DNA from: an uncultured Bacteroidales bacterium
GTDB lineage: Bacteria > Bacteroidota > Bacteroidia > Bacteroidales > WCHB1-69
DNA: 64,000 nucleotides
Direction: 5' to 3'
Assembly (NCBI GenBank): GCA_900317715.1
Contig: ONHS01000003.1
Coordinates: forward strand, 7,954-71,953
The position numbers and the translations under genes were made by a program. The notes below the pieces were generated by a model that saw only the letters and a program-made list of their open reading frames with translations, made no database searches and was not told the origin of the DNA. Shown here in pieces: positions 33,679 through 41,176 of this stretch. Numbering within the stretch: the stretch's first letter is position 1; every line of letters starts with the position of its first letter.

Positions 33679-34695
33679 TTATTTTTCCAGCTGCGCATTC
33701 TCACGAATGGCTTTCTCGAAATGGGCGATGGCCTCCTCCATTGTGCCGTGGTAGAAAGCACCCGCCGCGTTGGCATGTCCGCCGCCCTCGAAATACTTGC
33801 GGGCGAACAGGTTCACATCCACGATGCCTTTGGAACGGAATGAGACACGGATGCGGTTGTCGCGTTCGGTGAAAAAAGCGGTGTAATGCACGGATCCCAA
33901 TGATAGGCCGTAATTCACAAAACCTTCTGTATCACCGATTTGGAAGCCATTATCCGTCAAATCCTTCTTGGTCAAGTACATATACGAAACGCCAAGTTCC
34001 GGAATCACCTTCAGCCGCTGTGACAGGGCAAGTCCCAGCAATTTCATGCGGCTTTCGGTGTAGTTATCATAGACTTTGCGATGGACGTCCTCGCCGTTCA
34101 CACCCGCCTCGATCAGCTTGCGCAACACCGTATAGGAATCAGGAAAGTCGCAAGTGTAGGACATTGAGCCCGTATCGGTGATGATGCCCACGTAAAGGCA
34201 CTCGGCTATCTCCTTCGAAGGCGTTTTATCGGGAGCGAGGTACTTGTAGAGAAAGTTATATACCAGCTCGGAAGCGGAAGTCGTCAAATGGGTGGAGTAC
34301 ATCACGTCGCACTTGATGTCGGGCTGCACGTGGTGGTCGATGAGCACCTTAAAACCCGGGAACTTGCTGATGGCGTTCTGCAAGTCCTGGCCGGCGCGAT
34401 GCGGCGCGTTCATATCGACGACATACAGCATGTCCGCCTCTTTGATACGCTTTCGCGCCTCGGTGAGATTCTCCTGCGCCACAAGGATATTCTCCGCTCC
34501 AGACATCCATTGTAGGAAATTGGGGAACGGGTTCGGGGATATCACCGAAACGGTGTATCCGTCGTCCTTGAAATAGTGGTACAACGCCAGCGCACTGCCC
34601 AAAGCATCCCCGTCGGGATTGAAGTGGAAAACAATGGCGATTGTCTTCGTATCTTTCAGTGCCACACGCACTTTCTGTATATCCTGCTCTTCCAA
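33679..34695 (-). CDS. nrnA: DHH/DHHA1 phosphoesterase NrnA-like (oligoribonuclease / pAp phosphatase); proposed TTG start
   Basis: Motifs HFNPDGDALGS, VVDMN, IDHH, GGGHANAAGA. The track ORF runs to 34851 through hairpin repeats. A -7 box at 34716-34723 and the in-frame TTG at 34695 give a typical 338-aa protein. Confidence 0.8.
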   Translation of the reverse strand: MEEQDIQKVRVALKDTKTIAIVFHFNPDGDALGSALALYHYFKDDGYTVSVISPNPFPNFLQWMSGAENILVAQENLTEARKRIKEADMLYVVDMNAPHRAGQDLQNAISKFPGFKVLIDHHVQPDIKCDVMYSTHLTTSASELVYNFLYKYLAPDKTPSKEIAECLYVGIITDTGSMSYTCDFPDSYTVLRKLIEAGVNGEDVHRKVYDNYTESRMKLLGLALSQRLKVIPELGVSYMYLTKKDLTDNGFQIGDTEGFVNYGLSLGSVHYTAFFTERDNRIRVSFRSKGIVDVNLFARKYFEGGGHANAAGAFYHGTMEEAIAHFEKAIRENAQLEK

Positions 34696-34715
34696 AGTAT
34701 CAGATTTTGAAAGCG

Positions 34716-34723
34716 CAAAAATA
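34716..34723 (-). promoter_or_regulatory. -7 promoter box TATTTTTG (minus strand) for the nrnA-FKBP operon
   Basis: Exact TAnnTTTG 21 nt upstream of TTG 34695. It lies inside the track's extended ORF. Confidence 0.5.
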
Positions 34724-34777
34724 CGAAAAAAATGGTTTGCCTCTTCATTCTTATTCTTATTTGTATTTGGCGTAGGG

Positions 34778-34854
34778 GACGACGCTTCCAAGCGTCGCAA
34801 AAAAATATCATTCGCTTCCAAGCGTCGCAGGAAAAATTTGCTTCCAAGCATCGC
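34778..34854. repeat. Three tandem ~30-nt units, each carrying a GCGACGCTTGGAAGCG(TC) hairpin (third unit degenerate)
   Basis: Read directly: GACGACGCTTCCAAGCGTCGC / TTCGCTTCCAAGCGTCGC / TTGCTTCCAAGCATCGC at about 30-nt spacing. Confidence 0.85.
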
Positions 34855-34862
34855 AAAACCGC

Positions 34863-34891
34863 GTCAACGGTCCAACGTTGGAAACGTTGAC
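34863..34891 (-). terminator. Hairpin GTCAACG-n15-CGTTGAC 3 nt after the stop of 34894-36645; a possible terminator
   Basis: 7-bp stem with an internal CCAACGTTGG palindrome. No clear U tract. Confidence 0.4.
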
Positions 34892-34893
34892 TC

Positions 34894-36645
34894 CTACTTT
34901 ACCAGCACCACCCATTCGTAATAATTCATTTCCCAAACGCTATCGGAGGCCATCCGTTTCAATTCCAACTTGTTGAAACAGACCAACAAACTGTCGGTGC
35001 GATAAATCAGCAACTCGTCCTCATGATCCTTTATCCAAGACCTCGAAGGCGACACGTCCGGACAACCAATCCTTTGTAACTGCTCCCGGAAAATCTGATT
35101 TGCCGAAATAGTCCGGCCGTTTCCAATCGACAGTTGTTCATCCGCATTGGCTGGGTTTGGTGTCCCGTACATCTGGCGGTAGCCACTCACATCCACAGGC
35201 CCGTAAGTCTTGCGCGATAAATAAACACTTGGGACTATTTCCTCGATTACAACTTCTTCCTCTAACTGTTCGCGGGCTAATTCTTCCGACCATGCAGAAG
35301 CATATTTGGAGGTTTTTTCCGACAACGATGCCAGATAGTCAGACTTCCGGGCGATACCGAACTCGCTCTTCAAGAGCACCGTGTCGTTCCTGTTGTCCAA
35401 ATAGTTGAGCGACTGATATAGTTTCCGATGTTCCACCATACGCAAGGTGTCGGCAGGATCAGGGGTAGGCAACCGCAAGGTGCCGTCGTCGTTCAGGCGG
35501 TCGAGTTGCTCGGCCATGGTGCGCACGCGCTGGATTTGTGCCCGTTGCGCGATCTTCTCGCCACGGAGACTCGGCACCAGCACCGTCAGCAACACGACGG
35601 CCAACGATCCCGCTGCCAACGCGAAATAGCCACGGCGGTTGCGGAACAGGAACACCAGCACGCACGCCGTCATCAACGCTCCGACCAACAGCAAATAATA
35701 GCGCGACTCGGTCAGACCGTAGTCCGCCAAACGACGGGCAACCCCTGTCCAGAAGAGTGCCAGCAGCGGCAAGACGAACAGACTGAAATGGTCATAGAAC
35801 CACTTGAAGGGTCGCGGTTCCGTCAGTATCTGCAACATCTTGGCCAACAAGAAAATCACGAAGAAAACCGTCACCATGATAGCGACCCCGCCCTTCGGCA
35901 AGTTCCAGGTGAAAAGGATTTTGGCGGCATAGACATAGAGTACCACCGTGTAAATCAGCAATGCCGGTGTCAGCACCCAATTCAGCAGAACGGCCCAGAA
36001 ACGGCGGATCTCGATGGTTTCGGGACGGTCCTCCATCGCGAAGAAGAGCACGGGTGCTAATCCGCAGAACAACAGCAACGCCGTTTGTTCGTACCAGCCA
36101 TCCCAGACTTTGTGAGGAATTTCGAAAAGCGACTTGATCGTATAAGCGATGGCGGCATACAGCAGATAGAGGATTCCCGCGACGAGCAACGCCCGCACCG
36201 CCGACCAGACCATTTGCACGTTACGCTGCACAAACGGTTCGTTTTCGGTGAGCCGATGCCGCACGCACAACCACAGCGGAAGCGCCGCCAGCACGGCAAT
36301 CCAATAGGCGATTTCCTCCACCCAGTCGAGGAGGAACGGCATGGCGAACCCGGCCACCATCCCCGCGAGCGGCAGCATGTAGAGCAGCAGACACCCGATG
36401 CCGCGTTTGCGCAACGGTTGCAGCGAATAGGCCGCCACCACCATAAACGGCGCCAGTGACATCGGTCGGAACCACCACGGCGCAGGTTCGTTTTTCACAT
36501 CAAATATGTCCGGATGGGAACTTCCATAACATCCAGCCACGCAGACATATAGCAGGATGACAATCTCCACGGGATGCGCCTTCACGGCATCCCACACAGC
36601 CGCCAGTCCCCGTTGGATTTTCTCTTTTAACGTTATCTTTTCCAT
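34894..36645 (-). CDS. Large polytopic membrane protein with a C-terminal soluble domain (possibly DUF4153 family)
   Basis: ATG start. About 10-12 TM segments over 380 aa, then a ~200-aa hydrophilic domain. GC-rich. The family assignment is from memory only. Confidence 0.65.
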   Translation of the reverse strand: MEKITLKEKIQRGLAAVWDAVKAHPVEIVILLYVCVAGCYGSSHPDIFDVKNEPAPWWFRPMSLAPFMVVAAYSLQPLRKRGIGCLLLYMLPLAGMVAGFAMPFLLDWVEEIAYWIAVLAALPLWLCVRHRLTENEPFVQRNVQMVWSAVRALLVAGILYLLYAAIAYTIKSLFEIPHKVWDGWYEQTALLLFCGLAPVLFFAMEDRPETIEIRRFWAVLLNWVLTPALLIYTVVLYVYAAKILFTWNLPKGGVAIMVTVFFVIFLLAKMLQILTEPRPFKWFYDHFSLFVLPLLALFWTGVARRLADYGLTESRYYLLLVGALMTACVLVFLFRNRRGYFALAAGSLAVVLLTVLVPSLRGEKIAQRAQIQRVRTMAEQLDRLNDDGTLRLPTPDPADTLRMVEHRKLYQSLNYLDNRNDTVLLKSEFGIARKSDYLASLSEKTSKYASAWSEELAREQLEEEVVIEEIVPSVYLSRKTYGPVDVSGYRQMYGTPNPANADEQLSIGNGRTISANQIFREQLQRIGCPDVSPSRSWIKDHEDELLIYRTDSLLVCFNKLELKRMASDSVWEMNYYEWVVLVK

Positions 36646-36671
36646 ATTTAATTGATTTTCATTTCTTTCTG

Positions 36672-36679
36672 CAAAAATA
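36672..36679 (-). promoter_or_regulatory. -7 promoter box TATTTTTG (minus strand)
   Basis: Exact TAnnTTTG 27 nt upstream of ATG 36645. Confidence 0.45.
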
Positions 36680-36690
36680 AGAATTATCCG

Positions 36691-37515
36691 CTACCACGGC
36701 TTGTGCCGTTTCAAAAAATCCTCTTTCTCCTCTTGGCTGAACGTCTGCGGCCCGATAGCACCACCGCCATATTGGAAAGTGCAATGGTCGTTATAGGGAA
36801 TCAGATCCAGATTCTCCATAGCAGTGGATTTCTCCTCGTCCGTCATAGATCGACTGTTGATAATATAATCATACCTTCCCATTCCCACTCGGCGAAACCA
36901 GATTTTCACCAAATCGGGGGTGGTTTGAGAATATTCTATGCCGACACAACCCATCTTCTTAAGTCGCTGGCGGATGCCGTCGTATTCCTCCTGGGTCAGC
37001 CCCACCACGCACATCAACGAATCCCTTTTTTCACGCGCCTCTTCGTTCCAAAAGTTTGAATAGTGGTGTTCGTTGCCCTCTCCTGCGCACACATGGAACA
37101 TCTCCAGCCTATTCCCCTTGAATTCCAAGGTGACAGCACAACTGTCGGCAACAGCACTTTGAAGATAGCGGTGCAACTCTTCCATTTCGGTATGGTGCTT
37201 CTCATAATGCTTGGTCATGATGTCGGGATTGCATCGCCGCTCGGGTGCCACTGCAAGGACATAAACGATCACCAACAGCACATTAAGTCCTCCCCATATC
37301 ACCGCAAGCCGTTGCCAAATATTTCGCCAACGCAACCCCATAATGAAAAACACTATCGACAAGCCAATCGCCAGCGGCGGGATCCAACTGAAGATTAAAG
37401 AAATTACAAAGCCGAGAAAGTCATCCACCCGAAACAGCACGATGACTGCGGTGACGACGGCGAACGGAATCAGCTTCAATATCCCGAAAATGGTTGCTTC
37501 TGTTTGCTCTTTCAT
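36691..37515 (-). CDS. Hypothetical membrane protein (3 N-terminal TM segments plus a ~170-aa cytoplasmic domain)
   Basis: The track start at 37536 is GTG. ATG 37515 gives MKEQTEATIFGILKL... No recognisable domain. Confidence 0.6.
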   Translation of the reverse strand: MKEQTEATIFGILKLIPFAVVTAVIVLFRVDDFLGFVISLIFSWIPPLAIGLSIVFFIMGLRWRNIWQRLAVIWGGLNVLLVIVYVLAVAPERRCNPDIMTKHYEKHHTEMEELHRYLQSAVADSCAVTLEFKGNRLEMFHVCAGEGNEHHYSNFWNEEAREKRDSLMCVVGLTQEEYDGIRQRLKKMGCVGIEYSQTTPDLVKIWFRRVGMGRYDYIINSRSMTDEEKSTAMENLDLIPYNDHCTFQYGGGAIGPQTFSQEEKEDFLKRHKPW

Positions 37516-37529
37516 AATACTGTATATTA

Positions 37530-37706
37530 CTACCACCCACTAATTTGCATACTTATATTTACCCATTCCAAAATGATTATTACGCAAATCGCCATCGTCA
37601 ACACCAACAATAACGCAATCTTCCATCTTTTCTGTGCAATCGCGAACACACTCACTACCGGCGCCACCCACCAATATTTCAACATCAAATTGGATATCTC
37701 GTTCAT
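37530..37706 (-). CDS. Candidate small membrane protein (58 aa, two hydrophobic segments)
   Basis: Hand-translated: MNEISNLMLKYWWVAPVVSVFAIAQKRWKIALLLVLTMAICVIIILEWVNISMQISGW. ATG at 37706, TAG at 37530-37532. It is below the track's size cutoff. Confidence 0.3.
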   Translation of the reverse strand: MNEISNLMLKYWWVAPVVSVFAIAQKRWKIALLLVLTMAICVIIILEWVNISMQISGW

Positions 37707-37785
37707 TTCTGTTGTTATTATTTTGATTTTTGGTGATAAACCATTTCAGTAGGCGGCGTTTCCTGTGTCGCTAAACATTTTTTTT

Positions 37786-37804
37786 GCAACGTTGGAAACG
37801 TCGC
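37786..37804. repeat. REP-like hairpin GCAACGTT-GGAA-ACGTCGC, related to the GCGACG...CGTCGC family
   Basis: Read directly. Flanked by T8 on the + strand. Lies 32 nt after the creD stop. Confidence 0.6.
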
Positions 37805-37835
37805 CTACTACCTACATTAACCAACAGTCGAACAC

Positions 37836-39197
37836 TCACTCCTTGTACCATTTCACCTTCAGCGACACGAACATCAGCACCGCCAAAATCACAAAGATGC
37901 CGAGGCTGCCGAAGAGCAGGGCGTAGGTCTCCATCTGGAGCAACACATACATGAAGACGTAGAGCAGAAGAAGCAGGGCACCCACCATCAGCGCGGTTTT
38001 GCGGATTTTCAGGATGCCCGCCAAGTAGCCCGTGATCAGCACGATGGTCATCAGCATGGCGATGAGATACGACCAAAGGAAGGGGATGTGCTCGCTGAAC
38101 GAGAGCAACAGCGTGTAGAACACCAGCAACGCGGCACCGATGAGCAGATACTGTACCGGGTGGATGGGCGTCTGCCGACGGTACTCCACGAAAAAGACCG
38201 TGGCGAAGGTGAGGAAAATGAACAGGTAGGCGTACTTCACCGTGCGCGTGGTCTGCTGGTACTGTAACACCGGTACCCTCATCATCACCCCGAACTCGTT
38301 CTTCTTCATGCTTACGCTGTGCGAGCCCCCGTCGCCGTACACCCATTGGGTCACCGACTGCCCGAAGTCGCGGTTGAGGGCCAGCACCTTCCACGTCGAG
38401 GTGAACCCACTGTCCGACACGGTCCGCTCGTTCGGCAGGAAGTTGCCCTGGAAGCTCGGCGTGGCACAGTTGGAGGTCAGTTGCACGGAGGTGCTGTTGC
38501 CCACCGGCAGGAACATCAGCGACTCCGAGCCCTTCAGCGACAACTGCACAGAGTAGGTCGCAGATACCGAATCTTGCATCTCTCTCACAGGCACACGGCA
38601 GCACAACACTGACCCCAACTCCTCGTCTTTGTCGGATCTCATCGTATATTCATTTCCGTTCAGCCGCAACACCACATTCTCCGACAGCCCCCGGAAGTCG
38701 CTCAACGAAATCAGCACCTCCGCCTTCGAGATGTCATAGACGGAATCCACATATTCCGACAGATTTGGCAGTTGTAGACTGCCGTCCAATGTCAGATCCG
38801 CGGTATAGACGGTCACATCGAAGTTGCCGCGATGCCGTTTCTCCGTCTTCACATCGCCCTTCACCTGCAAGGATTCAGGCAGAAGATATACATCCTTATG
38901 GTAGTTTTTACTGGGGATACGCACCACCGGTCCGATTACCCGCTGCGGCGCACTCCACATCTGCTCCACATCTTTCTCGGCCTCCACCTGGGTCGCGTTC
39001 CGCTCATTCACCACGTGCAGGATGATTTGCTGCGGAATAAGCAGAATAAGGCTGATAAGCCCGATGAGGAGGAGCTTCAGCAGCATACGGTCGCTGCGCT
39101 TCATTCTTGATTTTTCCTGCGTGGCAGGTCTTGTTTGTTCTGCTTGCGGTGTCGTCACCGCGGTTGTCGTTTCTGTTGTTTTTGTTTCTGTTGTCAT
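37836..39197 (-). CDS. creD: CreD-like cell-envelope integrity inner-membrane protein
   Basis: ATG start. T/E-rich N-terminal extension, one TM, a large periplasmic domain, then 5 C-terminal TM segments, which is the CreD family layout. Motifs LLKLLLIGLISLILLIP and SFSEHIPF. Confidence 0.78.
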   Translation of the reverse strand: MTTETKTTETTTAVTTPQAEQTRPATQEKSRMKRSDRMLLKLLLIGLISLILLIPQQIILHVVNERNATQVEAEKDVEQMWSAPQRVIGPVVRIPSKNYHKDVYLLPESLQVKGDVKTEKRHRGNFDVTVYTADLTLDGSLQLPNLSEYVDSVYDISKAEVLISLSDFRGLSENVVLRLNGNEYTMRSDKDEELGSVLCCRVPVREMQDSVSATYSVQLSLKGSESLMFLPVGNSTSVQLTSNCATPSFQGNFLPNERTVSDSGFTSTWKVLALNRDFGQSVTQWVYGDGGSHSVSMKKNEFGVMMRVPVLQYQQTTRTVKYAYLFIFLTFATVFFVEYRRQTPIHPVQYLLIGAALLVFYTLLLSFSEHIPFLWSYLIAMLMTIVLITGYLAGILKIRKTALMVGALLLLLYVFMYVLLQMETYALLFGSLGIFVILAVLMFVSLKVKWYKE

Positions 39198-39240
39198 ATT
39201 TTTGGATTTTTGGTGAATAATATCGAATGTACGTTCATTG

Positions 39241-39400
39241 TATCATCATATCCTCGTCATTCGACCCAGGGTTGCGGCCAGAGGCCTTACCCTGGGCTAC
39301 CGAGCTCTTGCCCCTACGGGGCTACTCAAGGAAGTAGTTTAATATATGTGGGAGCTTTTCGGCATAAACTGCTAACTTCTAACTACTAACTGCCAACTAT
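39241..39400 (-). repeat. Structured intergenic repeat, copy C (inverse orientation, co-oriented with creD)
   Basis: The reverse complement aligns with copies A and B. Stem-loops GCCCC-gta-GGGGC and CCCAGGG-n18-CCCTGGG, the latter shifted and compensated relative to A/B. Confidence 0.8.
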
Positions 39401-39409
39401 CAAAAAGTA

Positions 39410-39424
39410 CTTTGCGCTACAAAG
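39410..39424. promoter_or_regulatory. Operator-like motif CTTTGCGCTACAAAG, within the conserved 22-mer AAAAGTACTTTGCGCnnCAAAG
   Basis: Second copy of the motif at 40517-40531. Lies just after the regulator stop and upstream of copy C and creD. Confidence 0.45.
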
Positions 39425-39442
39425 TTTTATACCAAAAAAATT

Positions 39443-39745
39443 TTACTCTCCCCGGCACCCCTGCAAAAAACGCTCCAGCGCGGCGATGTGCGCGGCGAAG
39501 GCTTCCCTGCCCGACTCTGTAATCACGTACGTCGTGTTCGGCTTGCGACCGATGAACGACTTCTCACAGCGGATGTAGCCCGCTTCCTCAAGATGACGGG
39601 TATGGCTGGCCAAGTTGCCGTCGGTGAGCTCCAACAGCGACTTCAGCGTGGCAAAATCCGCCGAACCATTCGCCGCCAACACCGACATGATGCCCAACCG
39701 GATCTTGTTCTCGAAAGCCTTATTCAAACCATCAATAATCGCCAT
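39443..39745 (-). CDS. Small winged-helix transcriptional regulator (ArsR/MarR-like, 100 aa)
   Basis: ATG start. HTH region FATLKSLLELTDGNLASHTRHLEEAGYI, then a wing RKPNTTYVITESG. Confidence 0.8.
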   Translation of the reverse strand: MAIIDGLNKAFENKIRLGIMSVLAANGSADFATLKSLLELTDGNLASHTRHLEEAGYIRCEKSFIGRKPNTTYVITESGREAFAAHIAALERFLQGCRGE

Positions 39746-39812
39746 ATCATTATTTATTTACATTGTACCATTACACAACAGTCTTACTAACTTATCCTTA
39801 TCACTCCTGATT

Positions 39813-39862
39813 CACAAGTTTCAGATTTCAAGTTTCAGGTTTCAAGTCACAAGTCACAAGTC
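39813..39862. repeat. Degenerate heptamer array (CACAAGT / TTCAAGT / TTCAGGT)
   Basis: Read directly. The minus strand has TGA at 7-nt spacing immediately after the stop at 39863. Confidence 0.88.
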
Positions 39863-40504
39863 TTACTTCTTCCGTTCAAACATCAAAACATAGGCAATCC
39901 CAAACACAACATGCATCACACTAAACCCCAAGAACCAGAACAGCAAAGCATGTGACATGGTAAAGCAGTCGATGATGCCAATGAGGAGCTCCGCATAGCC
40001 GAGGTAGCGCAAGATAGGATAAGTATAGTGACTGCAATTAACGAGCGCAAGACCGTAAAACAAAAGCATAATGGAAGAGGTTAATCCGTAATGTCCTTGC
40101 ATCACTAATGCCATGCTTAACAACCCACCAGCGGCCAATGGAATAAAGAAATCTAGAAGCATCTGCATCATACGCTTATCAAAAACAAAACGCAAATGGT
40201 GACGCCTGGACTTCGCAATGGCAAAAACGAACATGGTGAGCAGACAAATCGCAAACAATGCGATAGCAATGAGAGCGGCAATGCGAATCTTGCTCGGCGT
40301 GTCTAAAACGGCATATCGTTGCAGGTTTTCGAAGCATGGGAGCGCATCCGATACACCGATTACCGCCGCCGCCATCCAGGAAGCCACGCCTGCAAGCAAC
40401 CCGATAATAACGATTGACCAACCGCTAATCGCCTGAAAACGAGACGACTTACTCATCATCTCACGAATATCATCCAATGTCTGTTTAACCTCTTTTTCTT
40501 CCAT
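39863..40504 (-). CDS. Hypothetical polytopic membrane protein (213 aa)
   Basis: ATG start and about 6 TM segments. First gene of the putative membrane-protein/wHTH/creD transcription unit. Confidence 0.65.
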   Translation of the reverse strand: MEEKEVKQTLDDIREMMSKSSRFQAISGWSIVIIGLLAGVASWMAAAVIGVSDALPCFENLQRYAVLDTPSKIRIAALIAIALFAICLLTMFVFAIAKSRRHHLRFVFDKRMMQMLLDFFIPLAAGGLLSMALVMQGHYGLTSSIMLLFYGLALVNCSHYTYPILRYLGYAELLIGIIDCFTMSHALLFWFLGFSVMHVVFGIAYVLMFERKK

Positions 40505-40516
40505 ATCTTAAAAGTA

Positions 40517-40531
40517 CTTTGCGCCGCAAAG
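40517..40531. promoter_or_regulatory. Perfect 15-bp palindrome CTTTGCG-C-CGCAAAG overlapping the -7 box; a candidate operator
   Basis: Read directly. Lies between the -7 box (40527-40534) and ATG 40504. Confidence 0.5.
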
Positions 40532-40534
40532 ATA
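40527..40534 (-). promoter_or_regulatory. -7 promoter box TATCTTTG (minus strand)
   Basis: Exact TAnnTTTG preceded by an A8/T8 run. Lies 23 nt upstream of ATG 40504. Confidence 0.55.
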
Positions 40535-40575
40535 TACTTTTTTTTGATACATACAAGTCGTTGATGTTTTTTTTT

Positions 40576-40675
40576 GCTGTTGGCCATTAGCTATTAGCTG
40601 TTAGCTGTTAGCTGTTAGCTGTTGGCTGTTGGCTGTAAGCTTCAACTACTAACTACTAACTACTAACTGCTAACT
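40576..40675. repeat. Opposed heptamer arrays: GCTGTTA/GCTATTA x9, then CTACTAA x4-5
   Basis: Read directly. CTACTAA is the reverse complement of TTAGTAG, so the two halves form an imperfect inverted repeat. Confidence 0.9.
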
Positions 40676-40707
40676 AAAAAAAAGCGACCGATTCGAAAAC
40701 CGGTCGC
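40676..40707 (-). terminator. Rho-independent terminator ending the rpoBC-DUF3467 transcription unit
   Basis: Minus strand: GCGACCG-gttttcgaat-CGGTCGC followed by T8. Lies 33 nt after the stop at 40740. Confidence 0.8.
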
Positions 40708-40739
40708 CACAAAATTTATAAAAAAGTTGAACGTAGTCG

Positions 40740-41045
40740 TTATGCGAGACCGCCGCCGCTCATGAACGGAGGCATCTGGTTCGGACGATCTTGGATAGCA
40801 CCGAACTGCTCCTCATACTTGGAAACGTTGTCCTGCAACGCGCGAAGCAAACGTTTGGCATTCACAGGGGTCATGATCACGCGGGAGCGCACCACAGCCT
40901 TCGGGATGCCCGGGGAGAGCGAAGCGAAATCCACAAAGAACTCATTCTCAGAATGGGAAAGGATTGCCAAGTTGGAATATACACCCTTCGCAACTTCCTC
41001 ACTGATCGTCAAATCCATTTTTTGTTCTTTCTTATCTTCAGCCAT
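40740..41045 (-). CDS. DUF3467 domain protein
   Basis: ATG start, 101 aa. Motif YSNLAILSHSENEFFVDF. Located in the conserved Bacteroidota position downstream of rpoC. Confidence 0.8.
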   Translation of the reverse strand: MAEDKKEQKMDLTISEEVAKGVYSNLAILSHSENEFFVDFASLSPGIPKAVVRSRVIMTPVNAKRLLRALQDNVSKYEEQFGAIQDRPNQMPPFMSGGGLA

Positions 41046-41104
41046 TTTCTATATCCTCTTTAATAAGTTATTACTTTAGATAATTGTTATTGTTTAGGAT
41101 TCGA

Positions 41105-41176
41105 GACGTATGACGTATGACTTATGACGTTGGGTTATTCAATACATCATACGTCCTACGTCACACGTCTTACGAC
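41105..41176. repeat. Opposed heptamer arrays: GACGTAT/GACTTAT, then CATACGT/CCTACGT/CACACGT
   Basis: Read directly. The two arms are reverse complements with periodic mismatches. The array abuts the rpoC stop. Confidence 0.88.

Noticed and set aside
34778-34854. A possible mini-CRISPR: three ~18-nt palindromic repeats at ~30-nt spacing.
   Set aside because: There are only three units, one of them degenerate. The 'spacers' are ~12 nt and A-rich. The repeat belongs to a dispersed hairpin family (also at 37786), and there are no cas genes in the window.
35428-36459. + strand ORFs of 210 aa and 124 aa, and several 60-85-aa ORFs, inside 34894-36645.
   Set aside because: They are antisense or off-frame readings of a GC-rich membrane-protein gene, with Arg/His/Gln/Pro-rich low-complexity translations.
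37771-38604. A 277-aa minus-strand ORF overlapping creD in another frame.
   Set aside because: The translation is an Arg/Ala/Gly/Pro/His-rich product typical of an off-frame reading of GC-rich DNA. The creD frame gives a coherent TM topology and family-like sequence.
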